Virus record (IMG/VR): IMGVR_UViG_3300030376_006415
Span: 1 to 56,637 of that record
DNA: 56,637 bases
From: a virus
Lineage: Duplodnaviria > Caudoviricetes
Direction: 5' to 3' (one strand)
The translations under genes were made by a program, and so were the position numbers. Below are positions 27,546 through 38,110 of the stretch, in pieces. Each line of letters opens with the position of its first letter. Within the stretch, counting starts at the first letter, position 1. The notes under the pieces are model-generated. The model saw only the letters and a program-made list of their open reading frames with translations. It ran no database searches and had not been told where the DNA came from.

Positions 27546-29519
27546 TTAACTTGTTACATCCCATTTAAACACTAATGTAGTATTGGTGTCATACGGTTGT
27601 GCTGCAGGAGTCCAAGCAAATGCATATATTCTACCCTTTGCTAGGGGTATAGGAAACTCCCCTGTAGTTGGTGATGTTAAATCAAATTCTGTATAAGTAT
27701 CATCAGCAATACTTAGGCCTGATAGATCTTTTCTAAATACTACTGAGCCTGGGACCTCTGTACCATCTTGAGATTCCACTACAATAAATCTCATAGTTCC
27801 AGATCCAGTGCCTTGAGCTGCTTCACTCCTCCATGCAAATTTTTCTAGTGTGCCACTAAAAGGTGCTATCATAGAAATATATTCATTATTGTTTGAGGTT
27901 GAGGTTCTCTCAATTACATAGCCTGCAATAGGAAGATAAACCTCGGATGTTGAAGAGCTATAGAAATTACAAATCTTAGTTTCATAATGATATTTACCAA
28001 TCCCAACTATATCTGTACCAGTATCATCTGTAAACGCAAGTTCGTTAGGGGTATCATTCTTAACCCAAACTTGGCCATATCCAGCAGTGTCTCCATCTGC
28101 AGCTGCTTGTTCTGTTATATTCACGCTACTGTCAACCTTGAGAAGTCCATCTGGAATAATGGTAATGTCTGCCGATGTCCCCGCCTGATCATTTGTCTCT
28201 ATTGACGTTGCACCATTTGCCCCACATGATATGCTAAACTTATCAACTGTTGAGGCTCCTATATTCTCATATAGAGTAAGATGAGTGGCACTATGATGCC
28301 CTGTCACATTACCTACCATTGTTCCATCTATCGCAAATTGAACCCCATATGTATCATTTCCATCTGCTGCGTCAAGCGACAGTATATTTGGTGAGTCTAC
28401 TGTTAAAGCTCCAGTAGAAGTTATTGTATCTCCTTCTATACTTAAATCTCCTGCAACAGTAGTTATAGAATCAGTACCAGCGCCAATCTTAGCATCAATT
28501 TCATCTTCTGCACTCCCATCTATAAGCATAAGTCCAGTAACCATTTCACCATCATGAGATGCGACGGAAAGCTTTAAGCCTCCACCCTCCTCTGTATTAG
28601 TGTGAGTCTGAACATATCCTTCAATCTTTGCAAATTGTATATTGTCTTGGTTTGCATCATCTCCATAAAAGGAGATAATACCACAAGTGTCATTAGCTGC
28701 ACCAGCAGAGCCTTTATCCCTATTGAATTGAAGCTCTCCAGACCCATCTTTAGACTGTAAGGTCAATTTTTGACCAGACTCTGAAAACTTTGCATAATAA
28801 CCATTAGCTATTGCTCCAGCACCATGAGAAGGTGCAAGTGCTGCTCCATAAACATATAAATCGGTACCTGCTGCCACCTGACCTATACTCCATCCATCAG
28901 TAGGAGATGCTGCCATTAATCCGATATGAGTATCTGAATATGAAGATTGCAATGTCATATTAGTTTTCGCATCAGCATGATTATGAATATTAGTCCCAAG
29001 TATTTGAACGGCTGCCTCATCCGATGTTCTTGATACCTGAAAACTTCCATTCTTTAATGATAGCTGGTTATTTATAGAGCCTAGAGCACTAAAGTATAAT
29101 TCAATATTCCCAGTTCCTGCAAGTTTAGGGTCAGGCAGCATTCTAACAGTTCTTTCATCAGTATCATATACTGTACTTTGACCAAGATGCATATCTTGAA
29201 GTGCTCGTAAGTTGCCAGATATACTAAAATAATCACTTACATTACGACTATCTCTTACTTGTTTAGTTTTATGAGCCTCACTTAATGCAGAGTCTCTGAA
29301 ATTTGTTTCGTAAACAGTTCCTGTCCAGTCTCGAGCAAGTCTTTCTGATATTATATACCATTCCGCACCATACTTCACATATAATTTCATGCCAGCTTTA
29401 TTTACACAAAGCAACATATCCCCATCAGCGCCTTCTCTTTTGTTGGGAGGAGTTCTTACAATTCTAAGCTTATAGGCCTTACTGTGCTCTAATCTTCTTT
29501 CATTTCTTGAAAATGGCAT
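27546..29519 (-). CDS. Tail fibre/spike-like protein
   Basis: Beta-rich, G/S/T/D-rich; located in the tail block. Confidence 0.6.
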   Translation of the reverse strand: MPFSRNERRLEHSKAYKLRIVRTPPNKREGADGDMLLCVNKAGMKLYVKYGAEWYIISERLARDWTGTVYETNFRDSALSEAHKTKQVRDSRNVSDYFSISGNLRALQDMHLGQSTVYDTDERTVRMLPDPKLAGTGNIELYFSALGSINNQLSLKNGSFQVSRTSDEAAVQILGTNIHNHADAKTNMTLQSSYSDTHIGLMAASPTDGWSIGQVAAGTDLYVYGAALAPSHGAGAIANGYYAKFSESGQKLTLQSKDGSGELQFNRDKGSAGAANDTCGIISFYGDDANQDNIQFAKIEGYVQTHTNTEEGGGLKLSVASHDGEMVTGLMLIDGSAEDEIDAKIGAGTDSITTVAGDLSIEGDTITSTGALTVDSPNILSLDAADGNDTYGVQFAIDGTMVGNVTGHHSATHLTLYENIGASTVDKFSISCGANGATSIETNDQAGTSADITIIPDGLLKVDSSVNITEQAAADGDTAGYGQVWVKNDTPNELAFTDDTGTDIVGIGKYHYETKICNFYSSSTSEVYLPIAGYVIERTSTSNNNEYISMIAPFSGTLEKFAWRSEAAQGTGSGTMRFIVVESQDGTEVPGSVVFRKDLSGLSIADDTYTEFDLTSPTTGEFPIPLAKGRIYAFAWTPAAQPYDTNTTLVFKWDVTS

Positions 29520-32500
29520 TATCGATCTAGCTCCCTATAATATATAGTAATATCATTTAACTCAAATCCAACTAGCTCTTTAGTAGAGTTGATTTTAAGG
29601 CGAACAGTCTTGATTCCTTGCTCTCCCTTATAATCTATTTTAACAGGAGCATGAGATGGTTCAAAGAAGAAGTCAACAGTTCTCCATGCTTTAAGATGAT
29701 TACTCTCGCCTACTGTTCCACTGTGATAATTTCCATCAGGCTTTAATAATGTATGGTAATCAGGAGCCCCATTAAAAGCCCCCCACAGATCAAATACGCC
29801 AGAACATTTAAAGGTCAGGCTTACTTTATATAATGCTTTATTAGTATGAGGAGAATCGCCTAAATAATAGTCTGGGGTTTCAATTACCAGATCTGTTGTC
29901 CCAGCTATAGGATTTATACCAGAATCCTCATTGTTAACAAACTCTCTCACATTGAGCTTTTGAGTAACCCATCCATTTACTGCAAGCATTGAAGTGCCGG
30001 AACCAGATCCCTTAAGCCTAATTGGAGAGGTATGTAAATATGCATAAGAACTATTCGCCTCAGTCAAAGAGAAATTATCAAAAGTTGTAGTCATGGCAGC
30101 ACCATCACTAAAATGTATTATAATCTTAGTATGATTAGCGGTATAAGCAAAATAAGCCCTTTCACCTGTAAGCGTTGCATTTGCTGTATATTCCTTATAT
30201 GAGCTTGATTGCAATGAATATGAATCATTACTAAAGCCGACAGACAATGTTCCTGCGGTACGACTTGCAATAGTTACATCATATCTAAGGCAGTATACAT
30301 TCCCAACAACAAGAGGGACACCATCCCAGTTAACCTCATCTAATGTAGCATATTTGACTCCAGAAGGACTTGCGGTAACGGCTGCATTCAATGTGCCTGC
30401 CCCAATACTATAAGTATCTATAGAATTTGAAGGATCATTTACCCATTGCCCTGAACCTGTAAAAAGCCTGTTAATATCAGCATCGATTCTCTCTGCATTC
30501 TCTGCAGCCTCCCCACCGTAAGGGATTAGGGTTAATGAAGAGCCTGTTTCAAATCCAAGAGTATGCTTTAATTGTGTTCCATCAGCCCCTTCAGAAGCAG
30601 AAGTTGCAATGTCAATAGTGGTTGTTTTTGCACCAGCATCATAAGCTATAGTTTTAATTACACATTTATTATAGGTAGTATTATAATTATCTGGAGCTTG
30701 AAACTGTATAATATCCCCAACATTAAGGCCTAGAGCGGGTAAATTCATATCGTTATCAATCCCATGCAATGAAGAGATTAGCTCAATATCTGAATTTGCT
30801 GTTTCTTCTGGGGCAACTATGTAAGCTGAACCTGTACTATCTGCAGTAGAACCACTTACATCAGCCCCTGGATTAGATAGTATTACTTGAGTACCCCCAG
30901 CATTAACTACCATCCTAAAACTTCTAATTGTTAATTTCCCAACAGATAGCCATGGCTGCCCAGCAGCAGAATCAGCTATATCTCCTAAGCTAGTTGCTAA
31001 AGCTTGACCTACCTCAAACCCAGAATCATTGTTGCTTGTAATGTATGTATCTAAGTAATTGAAAGAATCCTGACCATTAATTCCAACAGAATACCTAACA
31101 TTCTCCTCAAATGCATCAGCTATTCCATCAGAATCTGAGTCTCCAAACCCTACACCAGACGAAAACCTATTTGGGTTAATTGAGAATGTACGCCCAACAG
31201 CAGGTATTCCAGCACCCACTGAATCAAAAGACCCGGCAGCAGCACTGCTCGTAAAAGTTATAGTTGCAGTATAATCTGGATAGTATGTTCTAAGATTACT
31301 CCATGCTGCTTGCATTGCAGCTGATTGATATCCTTTTTGTGCCCCTAGCCAAGTCATACAGCTATATGTTTCAGGATCACTATCAGAAACCCATTCTGGA
31401 ATAATAACATTGACTACATTAAACTTAAGGCCGTTTGATAACGCTGTATCTAGTGAGCCAAGCCCAGAACCACTAAAGGTATATATGCCTTCTGAATTAA
31501 AGTGATTAGACCAGTCGCCAGGGATCCAAACAGAAAATATGCCTCCATCAGCCATACTCGTACCCGAGGATGAAGTTGCTTCCCCTTTAAATGCTACAGG
31601 TGGTATAGTAATAGTAGCATTTCTATTTGTAGATTCGCTTACAATTGTAGTCCCACCTGTGGTGTAAAGTTGCCCAAGAGTATTTGGAAAGTCTGTCACT
31701 ATATTGTGATATTTAGAAGTCAAGGAATGCTGCTCGGAAACTGAAGCCTCAATAGAGGTATTGCCAAATTCTGCATGATTCCAATCATACATAGGGACTA
31801 AAATGTCATCTTGGCCTGCTCCTGACCTTTGCACCCTCATATATGGGTGACCGTCAAAAGGACTTTCTCCACTACCCTCAGCGGGCTCACTCGCACCAGT
31901 AAGCCACCCTCTAGGATTTGCTTGATTTGGTTGCAAATTAAAAAAGTGCCATAAAGAATCAGCATCAAAGTCCGTGGAATCATTAGGACCCCATTTTAAA
32001 TTAACATATTCATATGAAAAAGTAGCATTAGTGTTTCTTGCTTTCTCTATAGTGCAGCTTTTTTTAGTTTGAGATATAACGTTTACGCTAGTGCTATTGG
32101 CATTATAATATGCAGGTGTTTGAAAACCAGTACCACTTCTCCATGCTAAATTTTCCCCATTAGCTGTTGCATAGAAATTATTGATATTATTAATATTATG
32201 AGAAGGCTGGATGATATTCATAGTGCCATCACCAAGACTGATATTAAAATCATTAGTTCCTATAAAAGAGGTGATATTGCTATTTAATACATCTAAAAAT
32301 AATGAATCTTGAGTCGCAGCATTATGTTGAAAGGGTGAACATAATGGCAAATATTTAGACTGAATTTTAATATCTTTAATAAATATATTTGAGACATCGG
32401 CATAGTATGTTGTGTAGAATATCAAGCATCCCGTTCCGTTTGGTGTTATATCTACAGTATATTCAGCGTAACTTGTAGTTATCGCAAATGCGTCAGCCGT

Positions 32501-34918
32501 CTGATTGCCAAATTGAATATAGCAATTAGCACTACTTGCTCCTGCTGTAGCTATTCCTGAGGAGCCTTTTGCCGTAAAGGTTATAGTATAAGCAACAGTA
32601 TTTAAAAGGATTTGACTATCCCTATAATAGGATCCTCGTTCTGCTGTTTGAGTGTCTTCTGTACCTAAATAGATCCCAATTTTATCCCCTGCACTGCCTG
32701 AACTTGGAGTTGAAAACCAAACAAAACCTAGACCGCTGCCAGAATTAGAGGCGGTTGGGCTCTTAAATTGACTCCCATTCAAAGGAACGCTATTTGTTGT
32801 ATTGCTTGGATACCAGTTCCCAAAAGGATGCTCAAAATCAGAATTATAAGAATCTTTAATTACATTATTCCCTTTAACATCAAACCATAATTGACAATAA
32901 TTAGTGGATGTTGTAATTTCACCAGATCCAGTACCTGATAAATTTCCAATAAGCCAGCTTGGGTCAGTACCAGGAGAACCATCTTGTATTTGTGATATTG
33001 TAATATTCTCGTTCACTACCTCTTGCTGTGTTGCATACATACAAGTATCATCATAATTGGTTATGATATTTGATTTAGGTAGAGATGTAACCCTATTAGT
33101 GCCTCTTGTCCATGAATTAGTCTGAAAGTCATATACATAAATATTTCCTTCTGCTCCATTAACAGCAGGATCTTCAAATACAATTAATTGCTTCATTTCA
33201 GGTAAATATCCAATCATGCCAGAATTGCCCATAAATACAGCCCAACCCTCGGGCATATCAGGATCCATTCCTTGACCTGATCGTGGTCTATTTGGATCTA
33301 ATAAACCATCAATTAAGTTAGTAATAACACCTTCTTTATTAAGTAAATAGCAACCATTTTTATTAGCCCAAGCAAGACCGTATTCTGTATCGCAATACTG
33401 ATAAGGGTGATCAATACCCATATACCTATGCTCTGCTTCAATAATGTCATCAGGACCTGATACTGTAACTATAAAAATTGACTCTGTCTTAAATTGTACT
33501 AGCCTATCTCCAAATGAGGCCAATGCAACAATATGGTCTCCATCATTCCTCGCAGCATCTAATATACTAAATTCATCAAATATATCATGCTTTCCTACTG
33601 GACTAGAAATCATTCTATCAGCATTTATAGGACCATCTATTATTGCAGGTTGCCTTAATGTGGAAGCTGGAGCAACTGATTGAATTGTATTCCTGTTAAA
33701 TTTACATTGCCAAACATTTCCAATAAAAGCTCTCCTGTTTACAATTACAGCAGTTTTATACCTAGCGGATTCATATTCACTATCTGCAAGCTGTCCTGGA
33801 TTTTCCATGCTATATGTAGCAGTTGGCAGAGCTCGAACTTTCAATGCATTAATATATGCTATACCTGGGCTTAACTTTGTGAAATCTTGCTCTGTTCCTT
33901 CAAGAGTTGTTGCTTTAGCTGTATCTGTATTACCTCTACCCCAAAAACAATTCATTACAAATAATGGTTCAGCATAATCTCCATCAGCATCAGCACACCA
34001 CCATATCTTACACCCGACAATTCTAGGGTCAAAGGTAGAGCTATTGGCTCCTGCTGCAACATCTGTTCCTCCAGTGTGGACTTTCAATGTAAATGTTAAT
34101 GAATGATTGTCATGAACTAAGCTACTAGTATCTAATGCATCTGGAATAACAGTTATAGGTGACTCCTGGTCTTCTACCGCTAATCCAAATCCACTTGCAT
34201 AAGTAAAGCTTATACCAAATTTCAATCCACTATCCCTTTGCCATTGACCATCACCATTTGTATCTACTGTCGCAACCTGAAGTGAAATATTACCAGCTGC
34301 TGTAGGATTCTTGGATGCAGATAAGGTTGAGTTCCACTCTATATTTTGAGCGGTATTAGAAGTGGTTGAGTGTATAGTAGGGGGATAGCAGAACTGATCA
34401 CTCGCTTTCCAGTCAGGAGAAATAACCGCCTCAGTATCAGAATCCAAACCAGAAAACCATGTCCTGCTAATATATCCATATTTCTTTGGGAGATTATTTG
34501 TATTGGTAAAGTTTGAATCGCAAACTCTTAATGCTCCTTCTGTATAGTAAAAATTAGGCTTTACAGAGTTCTTATCAGTACCTAATGTAATTTCAGAAAG
34601 ATTTAACTGAGAGTCATAAATAGCGATCTGATTAAGGTCAGAAATAGCAAGAAGTTTAGTTTCAACATTTGCATTACTCGAGACATTATAGTCTGAATTA
34701 AATGCAAATAGACCATAGCCTGGCTCAAGATTACCATTAAGGACATCACTTAGGGTATTGTGAGTTTTGTCATATCCCATTTGCCTGACTTTTCCTTGGA
34801 TATCACAAACTACATTAGTTGCGTTAGCTAATCCTTCCTCAGGGATATCCCTATTGTCAACAGCACTAATTAAGCCTTTTTCAAACTTATCTTTTATTTT
34901 TCTTTTTATCTTGCCCAC
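29519..34918 (-). CDS. Tail nozzle/stabilisation protein with inserted beta-sandwich domains
   Basis: N-terminal F..GL..D...NV, propeller-like middle, C-terminal ELNDITIYYR, as seen in podovirus nozzle proteins. Confidence 0.6.
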   Translation of the reverse strand: MGKIKRKIKDKFEKGLISAVDNRDIPEEGLANATNVVCDIQGKVRQMGYDKTHNTLSDVLNGNLEPGYGLFAFNSDYNVSSNANVETKLLAISDLNQIAIYDSQLNLSEITLGTDKNSVKPNFYYTEGALRVCDSNFTNTNNLPKKYGYISRTWFSGLDSDTEAVISPDWKASDQFCYPPTIHSTTSNTAQNIEWNSTLSASKNPTAAGNISLQVATVDTNGDGQWQRDSGLKFGISFTYASGFGLAVEDQESPITVIPDALDTSSLVHDNHSLTFTLKVHTGGTDVAAGANSSTFDPRIVGCKIWWCADADGDYAEPLFVMNCFWGRGNTDTAKATTLEGTEQDFTKLSPGIAYINALKVRALPTATYSMENPGQLADSEYESARYKTAVIVNRRAFIGNVWQCKFNRNTIQSVAPASTLRQPAIIDGPINADRMISSPVGKHDIFDEFSILDAARNDGDHIVALASFGDRLVQFKTESIFIVTVSGPDDIIEAEHRYMGIDHPYQYCDTEYGLAWANKNGCYLLNKEGVITNLIDGLLDPNRPRSGQGMDPDMPEGWAVFMGNSGMIGYLPEMKQLIVFEDPAVNGAEGNIYVYDFQTNSWTRGTNRVTSLPKSNIITNYDDTCMYATQQEVVNENITISQIQDGSPGTDPSWLIGNLSGTGSGEITTSTNYCQLWFDVKGNNVIKDSYNSDFEHPFGNWYPSNTTNSVPLNGSQFKSPTASNSGSGLGFVWFSTPSSGSAGDKIGIYLGTEDTQTAERGSYYRDSQILLNTVAYTITFTAKGSSGIATAGASSANCYIQFGNQTADAFAITTSYAEYTVDITPNGTGCLIFYTTYYADVSNIFIKDIKIQSKYLPLCSPFQHNAATQDSLFLDVLNSNITSFIGTNDFNISLGDGTMNIIQPSHNINNINNFYATANGENLAWRSGTGFQTPAYYNANSTSVNVISQTKKSCTIEKARNTNATFSYEYVNLKWGPNDSTDFDADSLWHFFNLQPNQANPRGWLTGASEPAEGSGESPFDGHPYMRVQRSGAGQDDILVPMYDWNHAEFGNTSIEASVSEQHSLTSKYHNIVTDFPNTLGQLYTTGGTTIVSESTNRNATITIPPVAFKGEATSSSGTSMADGGIFSVWIPGDWSNHFNSEGIYTFSGSGLGSLDTALSNGLKFNVVNVIIPEWVSDSDPETYSCMTWLGAQKGYQSAAMQAAWSNLRTYYPDYTATITFTSSAAAGSFDSVGAGIPAVGRTFSINPNRFSSGVGFGDSDSDGIADAFEENVRYSVGINGQDSFNYLDTYITSNNDSGFEVGQALATSLGDIADSAAGQPWLSVGKLTIRSFRMVVNAGGTQVILSNPGADVSGSTADSTGSAYIVAPEETANSDIELISSLHGIDNDMNLPALGLNVGDIIQFQAPDNYNTTYNKCVIKTIAYDAGAKTTTIDIATSASEGADGTQLKHTLGFETGSSLTLIPYGGEAAENAERIDADINRLFTGSGQWVNDPSNSIDTYSIGAGTLNAAVTASPSGVKYATLDEVNWDGVPLVVGNVYCLRYDVTIASRTAGTLSVGFSNDSYSLQSSSYKEYTANATLTGERAYFAYTANHTKIIIHFSDGAAMTTTFDNFSLTEANSSYAYLHTSPIRLKGSGSGTSMLAVNGWVTQKLNVREFVNNEDSGINPIAGTTDLVIETPDYYLGDSPHTNKALYKVSLTFKCSGVFDLWGAFNGAPDYHTLLKPDGNYHSGTVGESNHLKAWRTVDFFFEPSHAPVKIDYKGEQGIKTVRLKINSTKELVGFELNDITIYYRELDR

Positions 34919-35023
34919 GCTGGTGCTTCCCTTTTTTCTTTATATAAGAATATAATTCCTTCCCAAGAGATTCATATCGTTCTTCAATCTCCTTATAGTT
35001 ATTAGGGTCTATATTTTTTTTCA

Positions 35024-35221
35024 TTAGAACTTTTTCATTATAGCTGCTTTAATAACCCCTTCAACTGTATCATATAGAGCATTCATCATCTTTTCTTCAG
35101 TTTCCTCTGATATGAATGGAATATCAATATTTTTATTTAATGCTGTTACAATCTCTTCCTGTAACTCTGCCCCAAATACTTCATTTACTAGATCTTCTTT
35201 TACGCTATCAAACATGCCCAT
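35024..35221 (-). CDS. Hypothetical protein
   Basis: AGGAG RBS. Confidence 0.65.
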   Translation of the reverse strand: MGMFDSVKEDLVNEVFGAELQEEIVTALNKNIDIPFISEETEEKMMNALYDTVEGVIKAAIMKKF

Positions 35222-35222
35222 T

Positions 35223-35483
35223 TTACTTCTCCTTTTTCATTAACTTAACTATTATATCAACTAAAGACGAATACGACTTAGTGATCCCTCTTTGCTCAAC
35301 CTGCATTTTCTTCTGCTGATCGATTAATTTTATTACTATACCTTCTAATCTGCTAAACCTATTCGATATATCCTTAGTTAGATCATCTTGTATATACTTA
35401 TTTTGCTTCCATATGAAGAAGCCAAAAGCACAGGCTACAGCTACAGGTATCCCGAATTTTTCTATTATCTCGAATACATTCAT
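35223..35483 (-). CDS. Holin-like membrane protein (BhlA-like)
   Basis: N-terminal TM (FGIPVAVACAFGFFIW) plus coiled coil. Confidence 0.55.
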   Translation of the reverse strand: MNVFEIIEKFGIPVAVACAFGFFIWKQNKYIQDDLTKDISNRFSRLEGIVIKLIDQQKKMQVEQRGITKSYSSLVDIIVKLMKKEK

Positions 35484-36265
35484 TATTTACCATCCAGTAC
35501 TTCTCCCCATAATGTTGTTTTTCCATTGATAATCTCAACTACTTCGACCTTAAAGTCTCCATCATCAAAGAAATCAATAACTGCAAAAGCGTGATTCCAA
35601 TTAGTCAGCCTACCGCTTAGCCAATCTTCATCTTCTTCTATGTCTTTTAAGCATCCTAAACTCCATGCGCTGATAGTACCTCCAGCATGAGTTTTTGTAT
35701 GCCTCTGTAAGTCATGAGTATGTCCGTACATTATATTCTCACTATAAACATCTAAATGCTTATATGAGTGATATTTAGATACGAACTTACCATGGGTAAA
35801 GTTTAACTTACCTATCTTTAGAGTCTTCTTCCTATTATAAGGATGAAACTCATATCCTCTCTCTTCTAACTTAAGAGCATTCTCAGTCGTATATTGCTCT
35901 AAGTATGGATACCTAAACACAAACTTATCAAGCCATACTTCATGGTTACCTTGAACAAAATGTCTTTCTTTACACTTTGCTTTATCTAAGGATCTATCTA
36001 TTTGATCCATTCCCTTATTAACATCGTTAATATCCTGCTCTAACAATGGTATTAAGTCTTCCATCGGTTTAGCAAATCTACCTTTCCAGTAGTGTGTGCT
36101 AAAATGTTGCCACTCCCCAGTGTCGCCTAAATCAACGTAGATATCAGGCTTAATAATCTCAATAGCTTTGCATACTATCTTGATTGCTCTTTTGTCCTCT
36201 AAAGGGAAGTGCTTGTCTGGGGTTACTATTGCCCGTTTAACGGCACTTTTTTTCCTTCTAGGCAT
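35483..36265 (-). CDS. Calcineurin-like metallophosphoesterase
   Basis: DKH, LGD, GNHE, THG, GHTH. Confidence 0.9.
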   Translation of the reverse strand: MPRRKKSAVKRAIVTPDKHFPLEDKRAIKIVCKAIEIIKPDIYVDLGDTGEWQHFSTHYWKGRFAKPMEDLIPLLEQDINDVNKGMDQIDRSLDKAKCKERHFVQGNHEVWLDKFVFRYPYLEQYTTENALKLEERGYEFHPYNRKKTLKIGKLNFTHGKFVSKYHSYKHLDVYSENIMYGHTHDLQRHTKTHAGGTISAWSLGCLKDIEEDEDWLSGRLTNWNHAFAVIDFFDDGDFKVEVVEIINGKTTLWGEVLDGK

Positions 36266-36273
36266 ATTCTCTC

Positions 36274-36420
36274 CTATTTAGTTATTTCCTTGATTTTAAG
36301 TAGTAAATATACAATATTTATTATAATCAATACAACCCCTAACATCTCTGGTACTATTTCCCATATACTTAATAATAGTGTACCAGTACTGCTGCCAATT
36401 GTTTTTAATGAATCATTCAT
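36274..36420 (-). CDS. Small membrane protein (48 aa, holin-like)
   Basis: Manual translation MNDSLKTIGSSTGTLLLSIWEIVPEMLGVVLIIINIVYLLLKIKEITK; TAATG coupling. Confidence 0.55.
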   Translation of the reverse strand: MNDSLKTIGSSTGTLLLSIWEIVPEMLGVVLIIINIVYLLLKIKEITK

Positions 36421-36668
36421 TATACTTCATCCTCTGTCCACTCGCTAGTTGCAAGAGTTGTTAATATCTCATTATGTGAAAATGATGTTATACCCTCAAA
36501 TCCTTCAGGAGTATCACCATCCCACTTTAAAATCGCTTTTGTACCATCTACAGACTTTCTAAGTGTATTAACACTTGTCTGAATGGCTTTTGTTACTAAA
36601 TCTTCTAATTGCTCATCTGTATAATCAGCAAGGGTTATTATTGCCCATTTTCTACTTGAATAACTCAA
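36420..36668 (-). CDS. Hypothetical virion-associated protein
   Basis: ORF in the tail block. Confidence 0.6.
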   Translation of the reverse strand: MSYSSRKWAIITLADYTDEQLEDLVTKAIQTSVNTLRKSVDGTKAILKWDGDTPEGFEGITSFSHNEILTTLATSEWTEDEV

Positions 36669-37786
36669 GGTGTGTCCTCCTCTATGTCTCCTGATACCAT
36701 ATTAGTCATTAAACCTGCATTGCCTTGAACTTCTTGCAATTTTATATCTGATATTGTAAGTGTTCCTGATGTACCCTGCCACCTAAATCCAAAATCATCT
36801 GTAGTAGCGATTCCATAATGAGTATGAGTACCAACAGAAGTATCTAATATAGTACCTGCATTAAACATATTTACCCCAACCCACTTTAATTGGACACCAT
36901 TAGGGTTACTTCCAATAGTCCACTCAGCCTTATATATTTTCCCTATAGTTACCCCTGAAATATTTTGTGCAAGTAAGTTAGTGTATGAACCTGATGTAAA
37001 TGACCAAGAATTAGTACCTGTATCTGACCATCCTGCTCCTAAGCTAAAGTCATCCTCAGCAACTAAATTGCTTCCCAATGTAGCATTTGTTTGGTCTGCA
37101 ATTAATGGGTACTCATCTAAAGTTCCATCTCCCATTCTCCAATAGCCTTGCAAGTTAGAAGAATTATCATAATCGCCTGAATCAGAACTAAGTGATATAG
37201 GTGTACCACTATTGTAAATAGAAGTTATAGCATCTGCATCTAAGGCAGTATTCCAAATAGCAACCTCATCCATATTGCCATTGAAATAATAGACACCATT
37301 TCCTCTTCTCCCAAGCTCAAGATTTACTGTATCATTGTCAATAGTAGTGACGTTATGGTCACCTGATTCAGCTGATAATTCGCCATTAACATAGATAGCA
37401 GACTTTTCGGTTGAAGTGTTGAAGATAGCTACAATATGATTCCAATTTCCATCACATACATTATGACCTGTACTTTTTACCTGCTTGCCACTACCACTAT
37501 TATAAAATGTGAACCAAGCCTTGCCTGTGGTTTTCTCTGTAGCAAGCCAAAAGTTTCTATTAGTGTTGTCATCTTTAGCTACTAAATATTGAATAGCACT
37601 TGTATCTGAAGATTTCATCCACAAACTTATAGAAATTGCTCCTGTTATTTGGGCGGATGAATCATTTCCACAATACAGATAATCATTAGTACCATCAAAG
37701 TTTAGACTTTTATTATTACTAAATAATGAACGAGGTTTCCTCTTTATGGCTTTTTTACTAATCGTTGTACCGAGACCTAATCTCAT
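36665..37786 (-). CDS. LamG/concanavalin-A-like lectin domain virion protein
   Basis: SLNFDGTNDY, ISLWMK, WNHIV, YVNG, FNGNMDEVAIWN. Confidence 0.85.
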   Translation of the reverse strand: MRLGLGTTISKKAIKRKPRSLFSNNKSLNFDGTNDYLYCGNDSSAQITGAISISLWMKSSDTSAIQYLVAKDDNTNRNFWLATEKTTGKAWFTFYNSGSGKQVKSTGHNVCDGNWNHIVAIFNTSTEKSAIYVNGELSAESGDHNVTTIDNDTVNLELGRRGNGVYYFNGNMDEVAIWNTALDADAITSIYNSGTPISLSSDSGDYDNSSNLQGYWRMGDGTLDEYPLIADQTNATLGSNLVAEDDFSLGAGWSDTGTNSWSFTSGSYTNLLAQNISGVTIGKIYKAEWTIGSNPNGVQLKWVGVNMFNAGTILDTSVGTHTHYGIATTDDFGFRWQGTSGTLTISDIKLQEVQGNAGLMTNMVSGDIEEDTP

Positions 37787-37789
37787 TTC

Positions 37790-38110
37790 TTACTCGTCCC
37801 TATGGTAATCTATATCTATAGCAATACTATTAGAGTCTCTTGTCACTATAGTCAAGATGTTTGAATTGCTTGTAAATATAGCTTTAGAAGAAAGCCCTGA
37901 ATCTGCATTACAAGCATCTTTTACTATATCCATAAATGATGACACAGCCATATTTGATGAGGCATTAAGAGCCTTCTCTGAGCCATCAAGAGTAATATAG
38001 AAATAATCATCGGCTAATACATTACTTATTGAAGTAAAGTCTATAGCAGTGCTATGTGTACCATCCCCAAGAGTTGAGGTATTAATTGATATTTCATTAA
38101 CCTTAATCAT
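37790..38110 (-). CDS. Hypothetical structural protein
   Basis: ATGA coupling. Confidence 0.55.
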   Translation of the reverse strand: MIKVNEISINTSTLGDGTHSTAIDFTSISNVLADDYFYITLDGSEKALNASSNMAVSSFMDIVKDACNADSGLSSKAIFTSNSNILTIVTRDSNSIAIDIDYHRDE

